From: Candidatus Velthaea sp.
Lineage (GTDB): Bacteria > Vulcanimicrobiota > Vulcanimicrobiia > Vulcanimicrobiales > Vulcanimicrobiaceae
Length of the DNA stretch: 53,539 nt
Assembly: GCA_050012475.1 (NCBI GenBank)
Contig: JBEKHC010000025.1
Location: 1-53,539 of the forward strand
Reading direction: 5' to 3'
A program made the position numbers and the translations under genes. Under the pieces are notes generated by a model. The model was given only the letters and a program-made list of their open reading frames with translations. It was not told the DNA's origin and searched no databases. The first letter of the stretch is position 1; each line of letters begins with the position of its first letter. This document shows positions 9,142 to 19,280 of this stretch, in pieces.

Positions 9142-9819
9142 ATGACGGAGACTTCAATGGAGGTGCTCATCGTTGACGATGAACGCCACATGCGGGATTT
9201 TTTGGAGATCGGTTTGGCCCAGGCCGGGTTTCGCACGCGCTGCGCCGCCGACGGTCCCCAGGCGCTGGCCGAACTGAGCGTCCGCGTCCCCAACCTCGTC
9301 GTCCTCGACGTGATGCTGCCCAAGATCGACGGCATCGCCTTGCTGCCGCTCATCCGGCGCGCGACCGAGGCGCCGATCTTGATGCTCTCCGCCAAAGTCG
9401 ACGTCGCGACCCGCGTGGCCGGACTCGAAGCCGGCGCGGACGACTATCTCGCCAAGCCGTTCGAGTTCATCGAACTCGTCGCGCGCGTGCAAACGCTGCT
9501 GCGCCGTCCGACGCTCGCTCGCGTCAGCAACTTGCGCTACTTGGACATCGAGATGGACGTCGAAAAGCGGTTGGTCTGGCGCGAGGGTGAGAACATTCCG
9601 CTGTCCTCGCGCGAGTTCGACTTGCTGGCCGTTCTCTTGCGCCACCCCGAGCGCGTGTTCACGCGCCAGCAGCTGCTCGACCGCGTATGGGGCGCGGACC
9701 GCGACGTGCTGCCCGGCTCCGTCGAGACGTACATCAGCTATCTGCGCGCGAAGCTCGATCGCGGCCCGCGCAAGCGCGTCATCCGGACCATCCGCGGGGT
9801 CGGCTACAGTATCCGATGA
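9142..9819 (+). CDS. OmpR/MprA-family response regulator
   Basis: VDDE, LDVMLPKIDG, GADDYLAKPF and winged-helix end IRTIRGVGY. Confidence 0.93.
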   Translation: MTETSMEVLIVDDERHMRDFLEIGLAQAGFRTRCAADGPQALAELSVRVPNLVVLDVMLPKIDGIALLPLIRRATEAPILMLSAKVDVATRVAGLEAGADDYLAKPFEFIELVARVQTLLRRPTLARVSNLRYLDIEMDVEKRLVWREGENIPLSSREFDLLAVLLRHPERVFTRQQLLDRVWGADRDVLPGSVETYISYLRAKLDRGPRKRVIRTIRGVGYSIR

Positions 9820-11309
9820 AGAGCCGCGCCGCCGTCTTCGCGATCGTGATCTTCGTGCTCGTCTCGACGGCCGGCGCGGCATTCACGGTGCGCACGACGG
9901 CGCGCGGCCTCGACGAAACGGCCGCGGTGCAAGCCGCCGAAGCGCCCGAGATCGCCCGGCTCTACGTCGCCAAATACGGCAGTCTGGCGGCCGCGGCCCC
10001 GACCATCGTGAAGCGCGTGACCCGCAGCGGACTGCACGTCACGCTGCTCGATACGCAAACCGGCATCCTGTACGGCGCGCAGGGCGAACTCCACCACCGG
10101 CTTCTCGGACCACCCGGCGGTTCCGAGCCACCGGGCGAAGCGGGCCCCGGACCGCCCGGAGGCGCGGAGGGGATCGGCGACGGACCGGGCGGCCCCGGAT
10201 CGCTCGGCCCAGCCGGCGGTCTGCGGCGCTCGAATTGGACCGGTATGTTGATCGGTTCGCTGGCGGGCGAAACCGTACATCACGCGCGGTTCCCCGGCGG
10301 CGCGATCGCGATCTTTCCCGAGCCCGCATCGATCCTGGCAGTCATGCGAAGCGTTGCGCTCGGACTCGGCTTCGTCGTCGCGTGCAGCGCGATGTTTCTC
10401 TGGCTTTACGTGCGCGGGGTCCGGCGCGCGGCGCTGCGGCCGTTGCACGAAACCACGCAAGCCTTGCATCGTTTGGCGCTGCGCGACTTCACGCCGCGCA
10501 CGATCATGGCCGGCGCGGGAAGCGCCTACGATGACCTGGCACGAACCTACAATGCGGCGGTCGAGGCGGTCTCGTCGGCCTTCGCCGAACGGCGTGCCGC
10601 GGAGAGCGAGATGCAGCGCTTCATCGCCGACGCCGGGCATGAACTGCGCACACCGCTCACCATCGTCATGGGCTACCTCGACATCATCGACGGCGGCGCG
10701 CTCGCCGATCCGAAAACGGCGAGCCGCATCACTGCGGGGATGCGCACCGAGGCCAAGCGCATGCGCCGGCTGATCGACAAACTGATCATTCTCGCCCGGA
10801 TGGAAACGCCGTCCGACTTGGAGATGCGCAGCAACATCGATGTCGTCTCGCTCGTCCAACGCGTCATCGAAAGCCTCGAGCCCATCACCTCGCAGCCGAT
10901 CGACGTCTCCGGCGCGCCCTTCGCGCACGCGTACGCCAACGAGGACGATCTCGCCGAAGCGCTCATCAACATCATCGAAAACGGCCTGAAATATGCGCCG
11001 CAATCGCGGATCGACGTGCGGATCGAACGTACGGCCGAGCGCATCGTCATCCGCATCGCCGACACCGGCCCGGGGATGTCTCCCGACGAGCAGCAGAACG
11101 CATTCGAACGCTTCTACCGGGGCGACAAACGCGGCGAAGTCAGCGGCTCGGGTCTTGGTTTGGCGATCGCCAAACGCGCGATCGAACGTTCGCGCGGCAC
11201 GATCCGGCTCGAGACCGCGCTCGGCGCCGGCACGACCTTCGCGATCGAACTCCCCGAGATGCCGATCTCGCTGAGCGACACGCGCAACTCGCGCTTGGCC
11301 CACCGTTAG
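9816..11309 (+). CDS. Sensor histidine kinase (2 TM, HAMP, HisKA, HATPase)
   Basis: ATGA overlap with the regulator; DAGHELRTPL, ENGLKY, DTGPG, FERFYR, GSGLGLAI. Confidence 0.93.
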   Translation: MKSRAAVFAIVIFVLVSTAGAAFTVRTTARGLDETAAVQAAEAPEIARLYVAKYGSLAAAAPTIVKRVTRSGLHVTLLDTQTGILYGAQGELHHRLLGPPGGSEPPGEAGPGPPGGAEGIGDGPGGPGSLGPAGGLRRSNWTGMLIGSLAGETVHHARFPGGAIAIFPEPASILAVMRSVALGLGFVVACSAMFLWLYVRGVRRAALRPLHETTQALHRLALRDFTPRTIMAGAGSAYDDLARTYNAAVEAVSSAFAERRAAESEMQRFIADAGHELRTPLTIVMGYLDIIDGGALADPKTASRITAGMRTEAKRMRRLIDKLIILARMETPSDLEMRSNIDVVSLVQRVIESLEPITSQPIDVSGAPFAHAYANEDDLAEALINIIENGLKYAPQSRIDVRIERTAERIVIRIADTGPGMSPDEQQNAFERFYRGDKRGEVSGSGLGLAIAKRAIERSRGTIRLETALGAGTTFAIELPEMPISLSDTRNSRLAHR

Positions 11310-11396
11310 GCAGCTTTCGGCGAACCCGCGCTCGGGCGCGCGCGCCGGCCGGGGCTATGGTCGACGGCGTTCTTGGGCGAAGACGGCCGGGACCTC

Positions 11397-12263
11397 ATGA
11401 CCGTGCTGCGACCGCGCCGGCGAACACGACAGTTTCTCGGGCTCGCGCTCATGCTCTCGCTGCTCATCCACATCGCCGGCGGCGGACTGTGGGGCTTCTT
11501 CGCGCGCGTGCTCACGCGGATCACGCCCCACCCAACCGTGCTGGCCAGTCTGCAAGAGCCGCCGGCGCCTAACGCGCTGATCATTCGAATCGAGCACCGC
11601 CCGCGAGCAGCCGCGCGTCCGGCCCACGAAGACCGCGCCCGCACGCCCGCGCCGCATCCGCATCCGCGTCCGACGCTGGTGCCGGCGCCGCCGCGGCCAC
11701 GCCACGAAATCGCGCGCATCCGCAGCGCGGCGCCGCCCCAGGCGCCGCCGGCGCAAGCCAAGTCGGTGGCGCTCCAGATGCCGCGTCATATCCGGCCGGT
11801 TGCCGCGATGCCCGCTCCCGACAACAAGCCGGCGCTCTCGGATCGCAAGCTCGCCCAGCTCGGCCAAGACTTCTCCAAAACGATCGCCGATTCGCGCGAA
11901 ACGCTGGCCGGAGTACAAACCCAGAGCGAGCACGCGCAGGTGATCACGATCAAACATTACGGGGTGTCGTTCAGCGGCATTCACGAAGGCATGAACCCGG
12001 GCGACGGCGAGATCTTCGCGATCTCGCAGCAGCGCATCGGAAATACGATGTGGTATTACACGCGGTACACCTATCTCCACGCCGACGGCACGTACGAAGC
12101 CGACGACATTCCCTGGCCGTTCCACTATCCGATCGGCGACGATCCGTTTGCGCGCCACGACAAGCGCATTCCGCTCCAGCCGCCGCCTGCGGGCTACAAA
12201 CCCGATCGCCCGCTCAAACCGATCCTGCAACAATTCTTCGGCGGTCCGCCGGTCACCGATTGA
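11397..12263 (+). CDS. Membrane-anchored Pro-rich hypothetical protein (TonB-like architecture)
   Basis: SLLIH TM motif, Pro-rich spacer, globular C-domain. Confidence 0.7.
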   Translation: MTVLRPRRRTRQFLGLALMLSLLIHIAGGGLWGFFARVLTRITPHPTVLASLQEPPAPNALIIRIEHRPRAAARPAHEDRARTPAPHPHPRPTLVPAPPRPRHEIARIRSAAPPQAPPAQAKSVALQMPRHIRPVAAMPAPDNKPALSDRKLAQLGQDFSKTIADSRETLAGVQTQSEHAQVITIKHYGVSFSGIHEGMNPGDGEIFAISQQRIGNTMWYYTRYTYLHADGTYEADDIPWPFHYPIGDDPFARHDKRIPLQPPPAGYKPDRPLKPILQQFFGGPPVTD

Positions 12264-12272
12264 AGCGGACGT

Positions 12273-13625
12273 TCAGCCCAGCCAAATGTAGCGCGCGACG
12301 AGCAAAGCCGCGACGCCGTACAGCAGCGGATCGACGTCGCGCCCGCGGCCGGCCAACAGTTTGAGTCCGGCATAGCTGATCACGCCGAAACTCACGCCGT
12401 TGGCGATCGAGAACGTCAGCGGCATCGCGACGATGGTGAGAAAGACCGGGATCGCGACCGCATAGTCGTCCCACTCGACTTCGCGGATCCGCTCGAGCAT
12501 CATCGCGCCGACGATGACGAGCGCAGGCGAAGTTGCGGCGGCCGGGATGGCGCCGGCGATCGGCCACAGCAGCATCGCGGCAAGAAACAGCACGCCCACG
12601 GTGCACGACGTCAGGCCGGTGCGGCCGCCTTCGGCGATGCCGCTCGCGCTTTCGATGTACGCCGTCGTGGTGCTCGTGCCCAGCAGCGCGCCGATCATCG
12701 CGGCCAAACCGTCACAGGTGAACGTCGCGCGCGCCCGCGGCAACTCGCCGCGGGCGTCGAGAAAACCCGCTTTGCTCGCAAGTCCCACCAGCGTCCCGGT
12801 GGCATCGAAGAAATCGACCAGAAAGAACGTGAAGACGACCGTGACGATGCCCAGGCCGAGCGCGCCGCGGATATCGAGCGCACCGATCAGTCCGGTCGGC
12901 CAAACCGGCAGCGCGAAGATGCCGTTGGTCAAACCGGAAAAGGCAACGAGCGTATCGTGCGCGCCCGGATACACGCGGGCGTGCGTCGCGATGGCAACCA
13001 GCGTCGCGGCGATGATGCCGAACACGATCGCCGCCGGCACCCGGCGAACCAAGAGCACCGCGGTGACCGCGAAGCCGAAGACCGCGATGAGCGCAGGCGC
13101 GGCGCCGAACGATCCCAGCGCAACGAACGTCGCCGGATTCGGTACGACCAAGCCGCAATTTTTCAACCCGATGAACGCCAAAAACGCGCCGATGCCGGCC
13201 GTCACCGCGTATTTGAGCGGCAGCGGAATGGCGCGCACGACGGCTTGGCGCGCACCGACGAGCGACAGCGCCACGAAGATGACGCCGGAAACAAACACCG
13301 CGCCCAGCGCCGTCTGGTACGGAATCTTTTGACCCAGCACGACGGTATAGGCGAAATACGCGTTGAGGCCCATTCCCGGCGCCTGGGCGAACGGATAGCG
13401 CGCGACGAAGGCCATCAAGAACGTGCCGAGCGCCGCGGCGAGCGCGGTGACCACGAGCAGTTTGGCAAAGGCGTTCGGGATCGCGATCGCGTTGCCGAGC
13501 ACCAGCGGGTTGACGAACAGCACGTACGACATGGTCAAGAACGTCGTGACGCCGGCTCGCAATTCGCGCGCCACCGTCGAACCGGCCGACGTTACCCCAA
13601 AGTAGCGGTCGATCTGCACGCTCAT
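12273..13625 (-). CDS. NCS2/AzgA-family purine permease
   Basis: AGVTTFLTMSYVLFVNP, QAPGMGLNAYF, YIESASGIAEGGRTGLT, PLTFSIANG. Confidence 0.93.
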   Translation of the reverse strand: MSVQIDRYFGVTSAGSTVARELRAGVTTFLTMSYVLFVNPLVLGNAIAIPNAFAKLLVVTALAAALGTFLMAFVARYPFAQAPGMGLNAYFAYTVVLGQKIPYQTALGAVFVSGVIFVALSLVGARQAVVRAIPLPLKYAVTAGIGAFLAFIGLKNCGLVVPNPATFVALGSFGAAPALIAVFGFAVTAVLLVRRVPAAIVFGIIAATLVAIATHARVYPGAHDTLVAFSGLTNGIFALPVWPTGLIGALDIRGALGLGIVTVVFTFFLVDFFDATGTLVGLASKAGFLDARGELPRARATFTCDGLAAMIGALLGTSTTTAYIESASGIAEGGRTGLTSCTVGVLFLAAMLLWPIAGAIPAAATSPALVIVGAMMLERIREVEWDDYAVAIPVFLTIVAMPLTFSIANGVSFGVISYAGLKLLAGRGRDVDPLLYGVAALLVARYIWLG

Positions 13626-13683
13626 GGTTTGGCTCGCATGCGGCACCTTTGCACGCCGTGGTCCGCGAGCACTGCTGGCGCGC

Positions 13684-16377
13684 TCAACCCGTGACGCGCA
13701 ACCCCGCGGCGATACCGTTGATGGATAGCCGGATCGCGTCGCGCAAACGGTCGTCGGACCGGTTTTTGCGGCGGTACGAGTGCAGCATGCGAATTTGCAG
13801 CAGCGAGATCGGGTCGACGTACGGGTTGCGCAGCGCGATGCTGCGCGCCAACACCGCATCGTCCGCCAACAAACGCGTCTGCTGCAGGATCGCAAGCACG
13901 GCTGCGGCGCTGCGTTCGTACTCGGCGAGAATGCGCGGCATGAAACGGTCGTGCAGCTCGCGCTCGTCCACCAGTTCGCCCGCGTAGCGCGCGAAGATCG
14001 CCATGTCCGCTACGCCCAGCCCGCGCTCGACGCTGCGCACGAGATTGGCGAAGAACGGAAAGCCCGCGACCATCTCGCGCAACGTTTCAAGCTCGTCGCC
14101 CGCGGCCTCCACGGCCGTTCCGAAGCCGTACCAGCCGGGCAGCATGCAGCGCGATTGGGCCCAGCCGAAGGCCCACGGAATCGCGCGCAAGTCGTTGATC
14201 GAGCGCCGTTCGCCCCGCCTCCCCGGCCGGGAGCTGATTTCGAGTTCACCGATCTCATCGACCGGCGTCGCCTGCGCGAAGAAACGCAAGAACTCCGGAT
14301 CGTCGATGAGCGCGAGGTAACTCTGCTGAGCCGTGTCCGCCAGCGTATCGAGCATATGCGACCAGGCGGCGGGAATCGGCAGCGGCTTGTCGGACAGACT
14401 GTTGAGCACCGAGGTCACGGCCAGTTCGAGATTGCGGCGCGCGAGCGACGGCATGCCGTAGCGCGCCCGGATGACTTCGCCTTGTTCGGTGACCTTGAAC
14501 CGTCCGGTATGACATTCCGGCGGTTGCGCGGCCACCGCTTCGCGCGCGTCCGCCGCTCCGCGCCCGACCGAACCGCCGCGGCCGTGAAAGAAGCGCACCG
14601 CCACCCCGTTCTCGTTGCCCATGGCGGCGATCGCGGCTTGGGCCCGGTAGATCGACCACGAGGCCGAAACGATCCCGGCGACTTTCGTGCCGTCGGAATA
14701 CCCCAGCATGATTTCCCAGACGTCGCCCAACGCAGCGACGTGCTCGCGGAACGGCGCGCAGGCCAGCGCCTGCGCACAAATAGCGACGCCGCCGTCAAGG
14801 GCCGACGAGCTTTCGAGCAGCGGCACGACCTGTGCTGGCGCCGCGTCGAACACGCCGCACGTGCGTGCCAAGGCGAAGAGCGAGAGAATGTCATCCGCCG
14901 ACTCGGTCCCCGCCAAGATGAACGAGGTCACGCTGCGCGGCCCGCGGCGCGCGCGCAAATCGGCGACCACCCACAGCGAGCGGATGATATCGAACGTGTC
15001 GGGCGACAAAAGCGCCGTGCGCGAGATGAGGGGCCGCTGCGAAATGAGTTCGTGCTCGAACCACGCGGTGCGTTCGGCCGCCGGGCGTTCCGAAAGCGGC
15101 GGGAGCCGGGGCTCGACGACCGAGACGATCTCGTCCAGCGCGCGCACCACCCGATCGCGATGTTGACGCCACTCCAGCGAATACACGTGGAAGCCGAAGA
15201 TGCCGATCGCGCGAATCAAACGCCGCAACGGGCGCACCGCTTCGAGTCCGCTGTGCACGCTCAGGCTGGCGTCGATGACCGCAAGGTCGGCGATGAAAGC
15301 TTCGGGCGTCGCGTACCCGCCAGGCTCGCCCGCAATCGCCGAGGTGAGGCGACGGTGGACGAACGCGAGTTTGCGCCGGTACGGCTCGGATTCCTGACGC
15401 GGCCCATACGTATACCGCACGTCGGGAATGAGCGCCAGGTCGTGTTCGACCGACGCCAAAAGTTCTTCCGACACGTCGCCGCGCGAGATGCTCTGCGAAA
15501 ACCGTGCCTGCAGCGTCTCGACGACGGCAAGATAGCGTTTGAGAACGAACGCCCGCGCCTGTTCGTGCGCGTCGACGACGGCATCGGGCGCGACGTTGGC
15601 GTTGCCGTCGCGATCGGAACCGATCCAGCTGCCGAAGGAGAGAAACGTCGGAACCGGCCGCGCCACCTGCGTTTCGATGCGCTCGAAGAGCAGCGTGGCT
15701 TCGTCGAAGAGCGTCTCGCGAAAACGGGCGATGAGATTGCGGACTTCGTCGTGGATGGTCGGTGCGCTGTTGTAGAGTTCGCTGCTCTGCCACATCAGCA
15801 CCATCTGCGCGCGCAGTTCGGCTTCGATCGCTTCGGCTTCTTCGGGCGTCGGCGTCCGCGCGTCGAGTTCGCGCAGCAGCCGCGAGACGGCTAATATCTT
15901 TTCGCTCGTCGTGCGGCGCGAGACTTCGGTCGGATGAGCGGTGAAGACCAGCGAAATCTCGAGGCGGTCGAGCCCCTCCGCCGCGTCGAGGCCGAGCGTC
16001 TCGATCGAGCCGCGCAACGGCTCGTCACCGGCCAGCGCTCGTTCGCGCCCGCGGTGCTCGCGATGCAGCTGCTCGGCGAGGTTCATCACCCGGAAGTACA
16101 GCCCAAACGCACGCAGCACGTCGACCGCGTCGTCGGTTTCGAGCGCGTCGAGCACGGCATCGATCTCTTCATCGAGCTGCGGTCCGGGGGCCGTGCGCCG
16201 TTGACGGGTGAGCAGGCGCAGCCGTTCGACGTGTTCGAACGTGCGGGGCCGCGCGTGCGTCTGCAGCACCTCGCCCACCAACCGGCCGAGGTACGTGATG
16301 CGCGCGCGCAGCGGCGCCGCGGTGTCGCGCTCGTTGTCGCCTTGTTCTTTGCGCCCGCCGCGCGCGCTCAGAACCAA
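13684..16377 (-). CDS. ppc: Phosphoenolpyruvate carboxylase
   Basis: VFTAHPTE, SWIGSDRDGN, MLGYSD, FHGRGGSVGRG, TEQGE, LRAIPWAFGW, RNPYVDP. Start uncertain (TTG 16377 or CTG 16371). Confidence 0.95.
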   Translation of the reverse strand: MVLSARGGRKEQGDNERDTAAPLRARITYLGRLVGEVLQTHARPRTFEHVERLRLLTRQRRTAPGPQLDEEIDAVLDALETDDAVDVLRAFGLYFRVMNLAEQLHREHRGRERALAGDEPLRGSIETLGLDAAEGLDRLEISLVFTAHPTEVSRRTTSEKILAVSRLLRELDARTPTPEEAEAIEAELRAQMVLMWQSSELYNSAPTIHDEVRNLIARFRETLFDEATLLFERIETQVARPVPTFLSFGSWIGSDRDGNANVAPDAVVDAHEQARAFVLKRYLAVVETLQARFSQSISRGDVSEELLASVEHDLALIPDVRYTYGPRQESEPYRRKLAFVHRRLTSAIAGEPGGYATPEAFIADLAVIDASLSVHSGLEAVRPLRRLIRAIGIFGFHVYSLEWRQHRDRVVRALDEIVSVVEPRLPPLSERPAAERTAWFEHELISQRPLISRTALLSPDTFDIIRSLWVVADLRARRGPRSVTSFILAGTESADDILSLFALARTCGVFDAAPAQVVPLLESSSALDGGVAICAQALACAPFREHVAALGDVWEIMLGYSDGTKVAGIVSASWSIYRAQAAIAAMGNENGVAVRFFHGRGGSVGRGAADAREAVAAQPPECHTGRFKVTEQGEVIRARYGMPSLARRNLELAVTSVLNSLSDKPLPIPAAWSHMLDTLADTAQQSYLALIDDPEFLRFFAQATPVDEIGELEISSRPGRRGERRSINDLRAIPWAFGWAQSRCMLPGWYGFGTAVEAAGDELETLREMVAGFPFFANLVRSVERGLGVADMAIFARYAGELVDERELHDRFMPRILAEYERSAAAVLAILQQTRLLADDAVLARSIALRNPYVDPISLLQIRMLHSYRRKNRSDDRLRDAIRLSINGIAAGLRVTG

Positions 16378-16835
16378 CGCGGCACCGCGTCCCGATAGCG
16401 CCGGTACTCGTCGCCGAATCGGCGTTCCAAATAACTTTCCTCACGGGCGACGACCAGGCGGTCGAGCAGTGCCAGCACTGCCGGCAGCAGCGTCAGTGCC
16501 GGCACGGAACAGGCACACAATGCAATCCCAACGTAGATCGACGTCGCGCCGACGTAAGCGGGGTTGCGGGTAAAGCGAAAGATACCGTCGGTCGCCAGCG
16601 CCGTCGACGGCTTGTACGGATCGAGGTTTGTTCCAGCTCGTTTGAGCGCACTGATTGCGGCCGCACCCAGGGCGATGCCGGCGACGACCGACGCCCCGCC
16701 TAACATGCGGGCAAACCGCGCGCGTTTGCCGGCATCGGGCTGAAGACGGTCCGCCGTCAGCCCCGCTGCAAGCGCACCGGCAAACAGGAGCGGCGGCGGC
16801 GCGGCAACGCCGGCAGTGTGTGGCCCATCGTTCAT
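16368..16835 (-). CDS. Isoprenylcysteine carboxylmethyltransferase family membrane protein
   Basis: PPPLL, G.FRFTRNP.Y, REE.YL...FG.EY..Y...VPRW. Confidence 0.9.
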   Translation of the reverse strand: MNDGPHTAGVAAPPPLLFAGALAAGLTADRLQPDAGKRARFARMLGGASVVAGIALGAAAISALKRAGTNLDPYKPSTALATDGIFRFTRNPAYVGATSIYVGIALCACSVPALTLLPAVLALLDRLVVAREESYLERRFGDEYRRYRDAVPRWF

Positions 16836-16883
16836 CGCCTCGCGATTTCTGCCCGCGCGCCGGTTCCCCCGTTGGCCCTTGGG

Positions 16884-18197
16884 TTAACCCAGATCCTCGC
16901 GACGGATGCGCGCATATTGCGGGCTGATGGTCGGGAGTTGGATCAAACGCGCCATCGCGGCATCGAAATTTCGTTCGCGCGTCCGGTGCGTCAAGATAAC
17001 GATGTCCGTCTCGTTGGTGTCGCTGTCGCCTGCGCCTTGCTGCAGCATCGCATCAACTGAGATCCCTGAGTCGGCAAGCGTGCGCGCGATATCGGCCAGC
17101 ACGCCGACGACGTCCTTTACCCGAACGCGCAAGTAATAGGACGTTTCGACGTCGCCCATCGGCAAGATGCCGACGTCGCTGAGCGCATCGGGTTGAAACG
17201 CGAGGAACGGGACGCGCTCGTCGGGCTCGGCCCGCATCAGCCGCGTCACTTCGATGACGTCCGCGATCACGGCCGATGCCGTCGGCTCGGCGCCGGCGCC
17301 GGCGCCGTAGTACATCGTTACACCCGCCGCGTCGCTCTTGACGAGGATGGCGTTCATCGCACCGTCGACGCTGGCAATGATCCGGCCCGCCGGGATCAGC
17401 GTCGGATGAACGCGCAGCTCGATGCCCGTCGGCGCGCGGCGCGTGATGCCCAGCAGCTTGATCCGATACCCGAGCTCTTCGGCATAGGTGATGTCCTTGT
17501 CGGTGAGCTTGGTGATGCCTTCGATATACGCGCGCTCGAATTGAACCGGGATGCCGAAGCCGATTGCGCTGAGCAGCGTCAGTTTTTGCGCGGCGTCGAT
17601 CCCTTCGATATCGAAGGTTGGATCGGCTTCGGCAAACCCCAAGCGCTGCGCCGCTTCGAGCGCGGCAGCGAAAGGCAGTCCCTTGGCCCGCATCTCCGAC
17701 AGAATGTAGTTGCTCGTGCCGTTGATGATGCCGGCAATCCACTCGATGCGATTGGCGGCCAAGCCTTCGCGCAGCGCCTTGATGATGGGAATGCAGCCCG
17801 AAACCGCCGCCTCGAACGCGATCATCACGCCCGCTTTGCTCGCGGCCGACAAGATTTCATTGCCGGCCGTGGCAAGCAGCGCCTTGTTCGCGGTGACGAT
17901 GTGCTTGCCGTGCGCGACCGCGGCGAGGATCGCGTCTTTGGCATCGGTCGTGCCGCCGATGACTTCGACGATGATGTCGACGTCGGGATCGGTCACCGCA
18001 GCCCGGACGTCGGTGACGACGGGAATGTCGGGACCGACGATGCCCCGCGCCCGGTCGACGTTGCGCGCAGCGACCCAAGCGATCTCGATATGGCGCCCCG
18101 CTCGGCGCGTGATCTCCTCGCGATTGCGGCTCAGGACGTGATACGTCCCTCCGCCCACCGTCCCAATTCCTAACAACCCTACGCGCACCGGCTTCAT
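16884..18197 (-). CDS. hom: Homoserine dehydrogenase with ACT domain
   Basis: GLLGIGTVGGG, VTANKALLA, GIINGTSNYIL, EADPTFDIEGIDAA, GAGAEPTASAV. Confidence 0.96.
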   Translation of the reverse strand: MKPVRVGLLGIGTVGGGTYHVLSRNREEITRRAGRHIEIAWVAARNVDRARGIVGPDIPVVTDVRAAVTDPDVDIIVEVIGGTTDAKDAILAAVAHGKHIVTANKALLATAGNEILSAASKAGVMIAFEAAVSGCIPIIKALREGLAANRIEWIAGIINGTSNYILSEMRAKGLPFAAALEAAQRLGFAEADPTFDIEGIDAAQKLTLLSAIGFGIPVQFERAYIEGITKLTDKDITYAEELGYRIKLLGITRRAPTGIELRVHPTLIPAGRIIASVDGAMNAILVKSDAAGVTMYYGAGAGAEPTASAVIADVIEVTRLMRAEPDERVPFLAFQPDALSDVGILPMGDVETSYYLRVRVKDVVGVLADIARTLADSGISVDAMLQQGAGDSDTNETDIVILTHRTRERNFDAAMARLIQLPTISPQYARIRREDLG

Positions 18198-18397
18198 CGA
18201 TCGATCTCTTCCGTTTCGGAAACGCGGCGAAGTCAACCGGGCAAGGAATCCCGGCATCGTCCCGCGTGCTCTCAGCCGTTACGGCAGCCCGGTTCGATAA
18301 TCCGGCCCGTGCGGGCAAGCAGCGGAAGCCGTCGGCACGGATGCCGCGGCGGTTTGCGGCGCAGCTGTAAAGGCTGCGCGGCTCGGTCCGAGCTCAG

Positions 18398-19261
18398 TTA
18401 TGCGGCGTAGGTTACGTCGGTGACGCGGACCGATTGGTGAGAATCGACCTTCCCCTTCGATTTGCCGACATAGACGCCCGAGGTCGGGGCGACGTCGTCG
18501 TAGTCGCGGCCAACCGCGACGACGATGTAGCGCAAGCTCGTCGCGCAGCCGTTGGTCGGATCGAGCGACACGACCCGGGCATGGTCGCGGCCGGGAACCA
18601 GGAACTCGACCCACGCGTGCGTCGCCCCCTCGCCCAGCAAGTGGCCCGACACGTAGCGTGCCGGCAGACCGCAGACCCGGCTGAGCGCGATCGCGATGTG
18701 AGCGTAATCTTGACAGACGCCGCGCCGCATGCTGAACGCCACGGCGGCGGTCGTGAACACGTCGGTGACGCCTTTGGTGTAAATCATCTCGCGGTACACG
18801 AAATCGGAAATCGCGTGGGCGAGTTCCTCCCGGTTGGGATGGCGCGCCCGCAGGTCGGCCGCGATGTCGCGCAACGCTTCGTCGGGCCGAATGAGCCGGC
18901 GCTCGATACACAGCGCGCTCTGACCGCTGAACGAATCGGCCTCGAAGTGCGGGCCCAGCCGCGCGTCGCGCACGACGTGGGAAGTCAGAACGAAGGCGAT
19001 GCTGCGCTCGACATGCGGGACATCGAGCGCAACCACGTCGTTACCGAAATCGTCGGAATAGACTTGCGCCGGTGCGTCCGGCCAAACGTGCAGATCGTTG
19101 GAGATGCGGCGCTGGTCGCCATGCTCGGCGCGCGGCGAGATGACGAGTTTATGCCGGAGGCGGCGGATCGGACTCGCGTAGTCATAGCGGATCGATTGTT
19201 CGACCCGGAACGTCGCCGAAACGACGTTCGACCAATCGACGGCTTTCTCGAGTTCCTTCAT
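18398..19261 (-). CDS. Transglutaminase-like protein with bacterial N-terminal domain
   Basis: GVCQDYAH, ARYVSG, THAWVE, DPTN, VGRDY.DV.P. Confidence 0.9.
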   Translation of the reverse strand: MKELEKAVDWSNVVSATFRVEQSIRYDYASPIRRLRHKLVISPRAEHGDQRRISNDLHVWPDAPAQVYSDDFGNDVVALDVPHVERSIAFVLTSHVVRDARLGPHFEADSFSGQSALCIERRLIRPDEALRDIAADLRARHPNREELAHAISDFVYREMIYTKGVTDVFTTAAVAFSMRRGVCQDYAHIAIALSRVCGLPARYVSGHLLGEGATHAWVEFLVPGRDHARVVSLDPTNGCATSLRYIVVAVGRDYDDVAPTSGVYVGKSKGKVDSHQSVRVTDVTYAA

Positions 19262-19280
19262 GGCGGCGCCTCCGGTCGGT

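Noticed and set aside
10107..10220. GP-rich segment in the sensor kinase as a separate repeat element
   Set aside because: An in-frame low-complexity loop with no exact DNA repeat.
18235..18294. TPP riboswitch call upstream of hom
   Set aside because: CTGAGA is present, but the GAACCTGA / TAATxCC / AGGGA half is absent. Kept only as an unknown-leader candidate.
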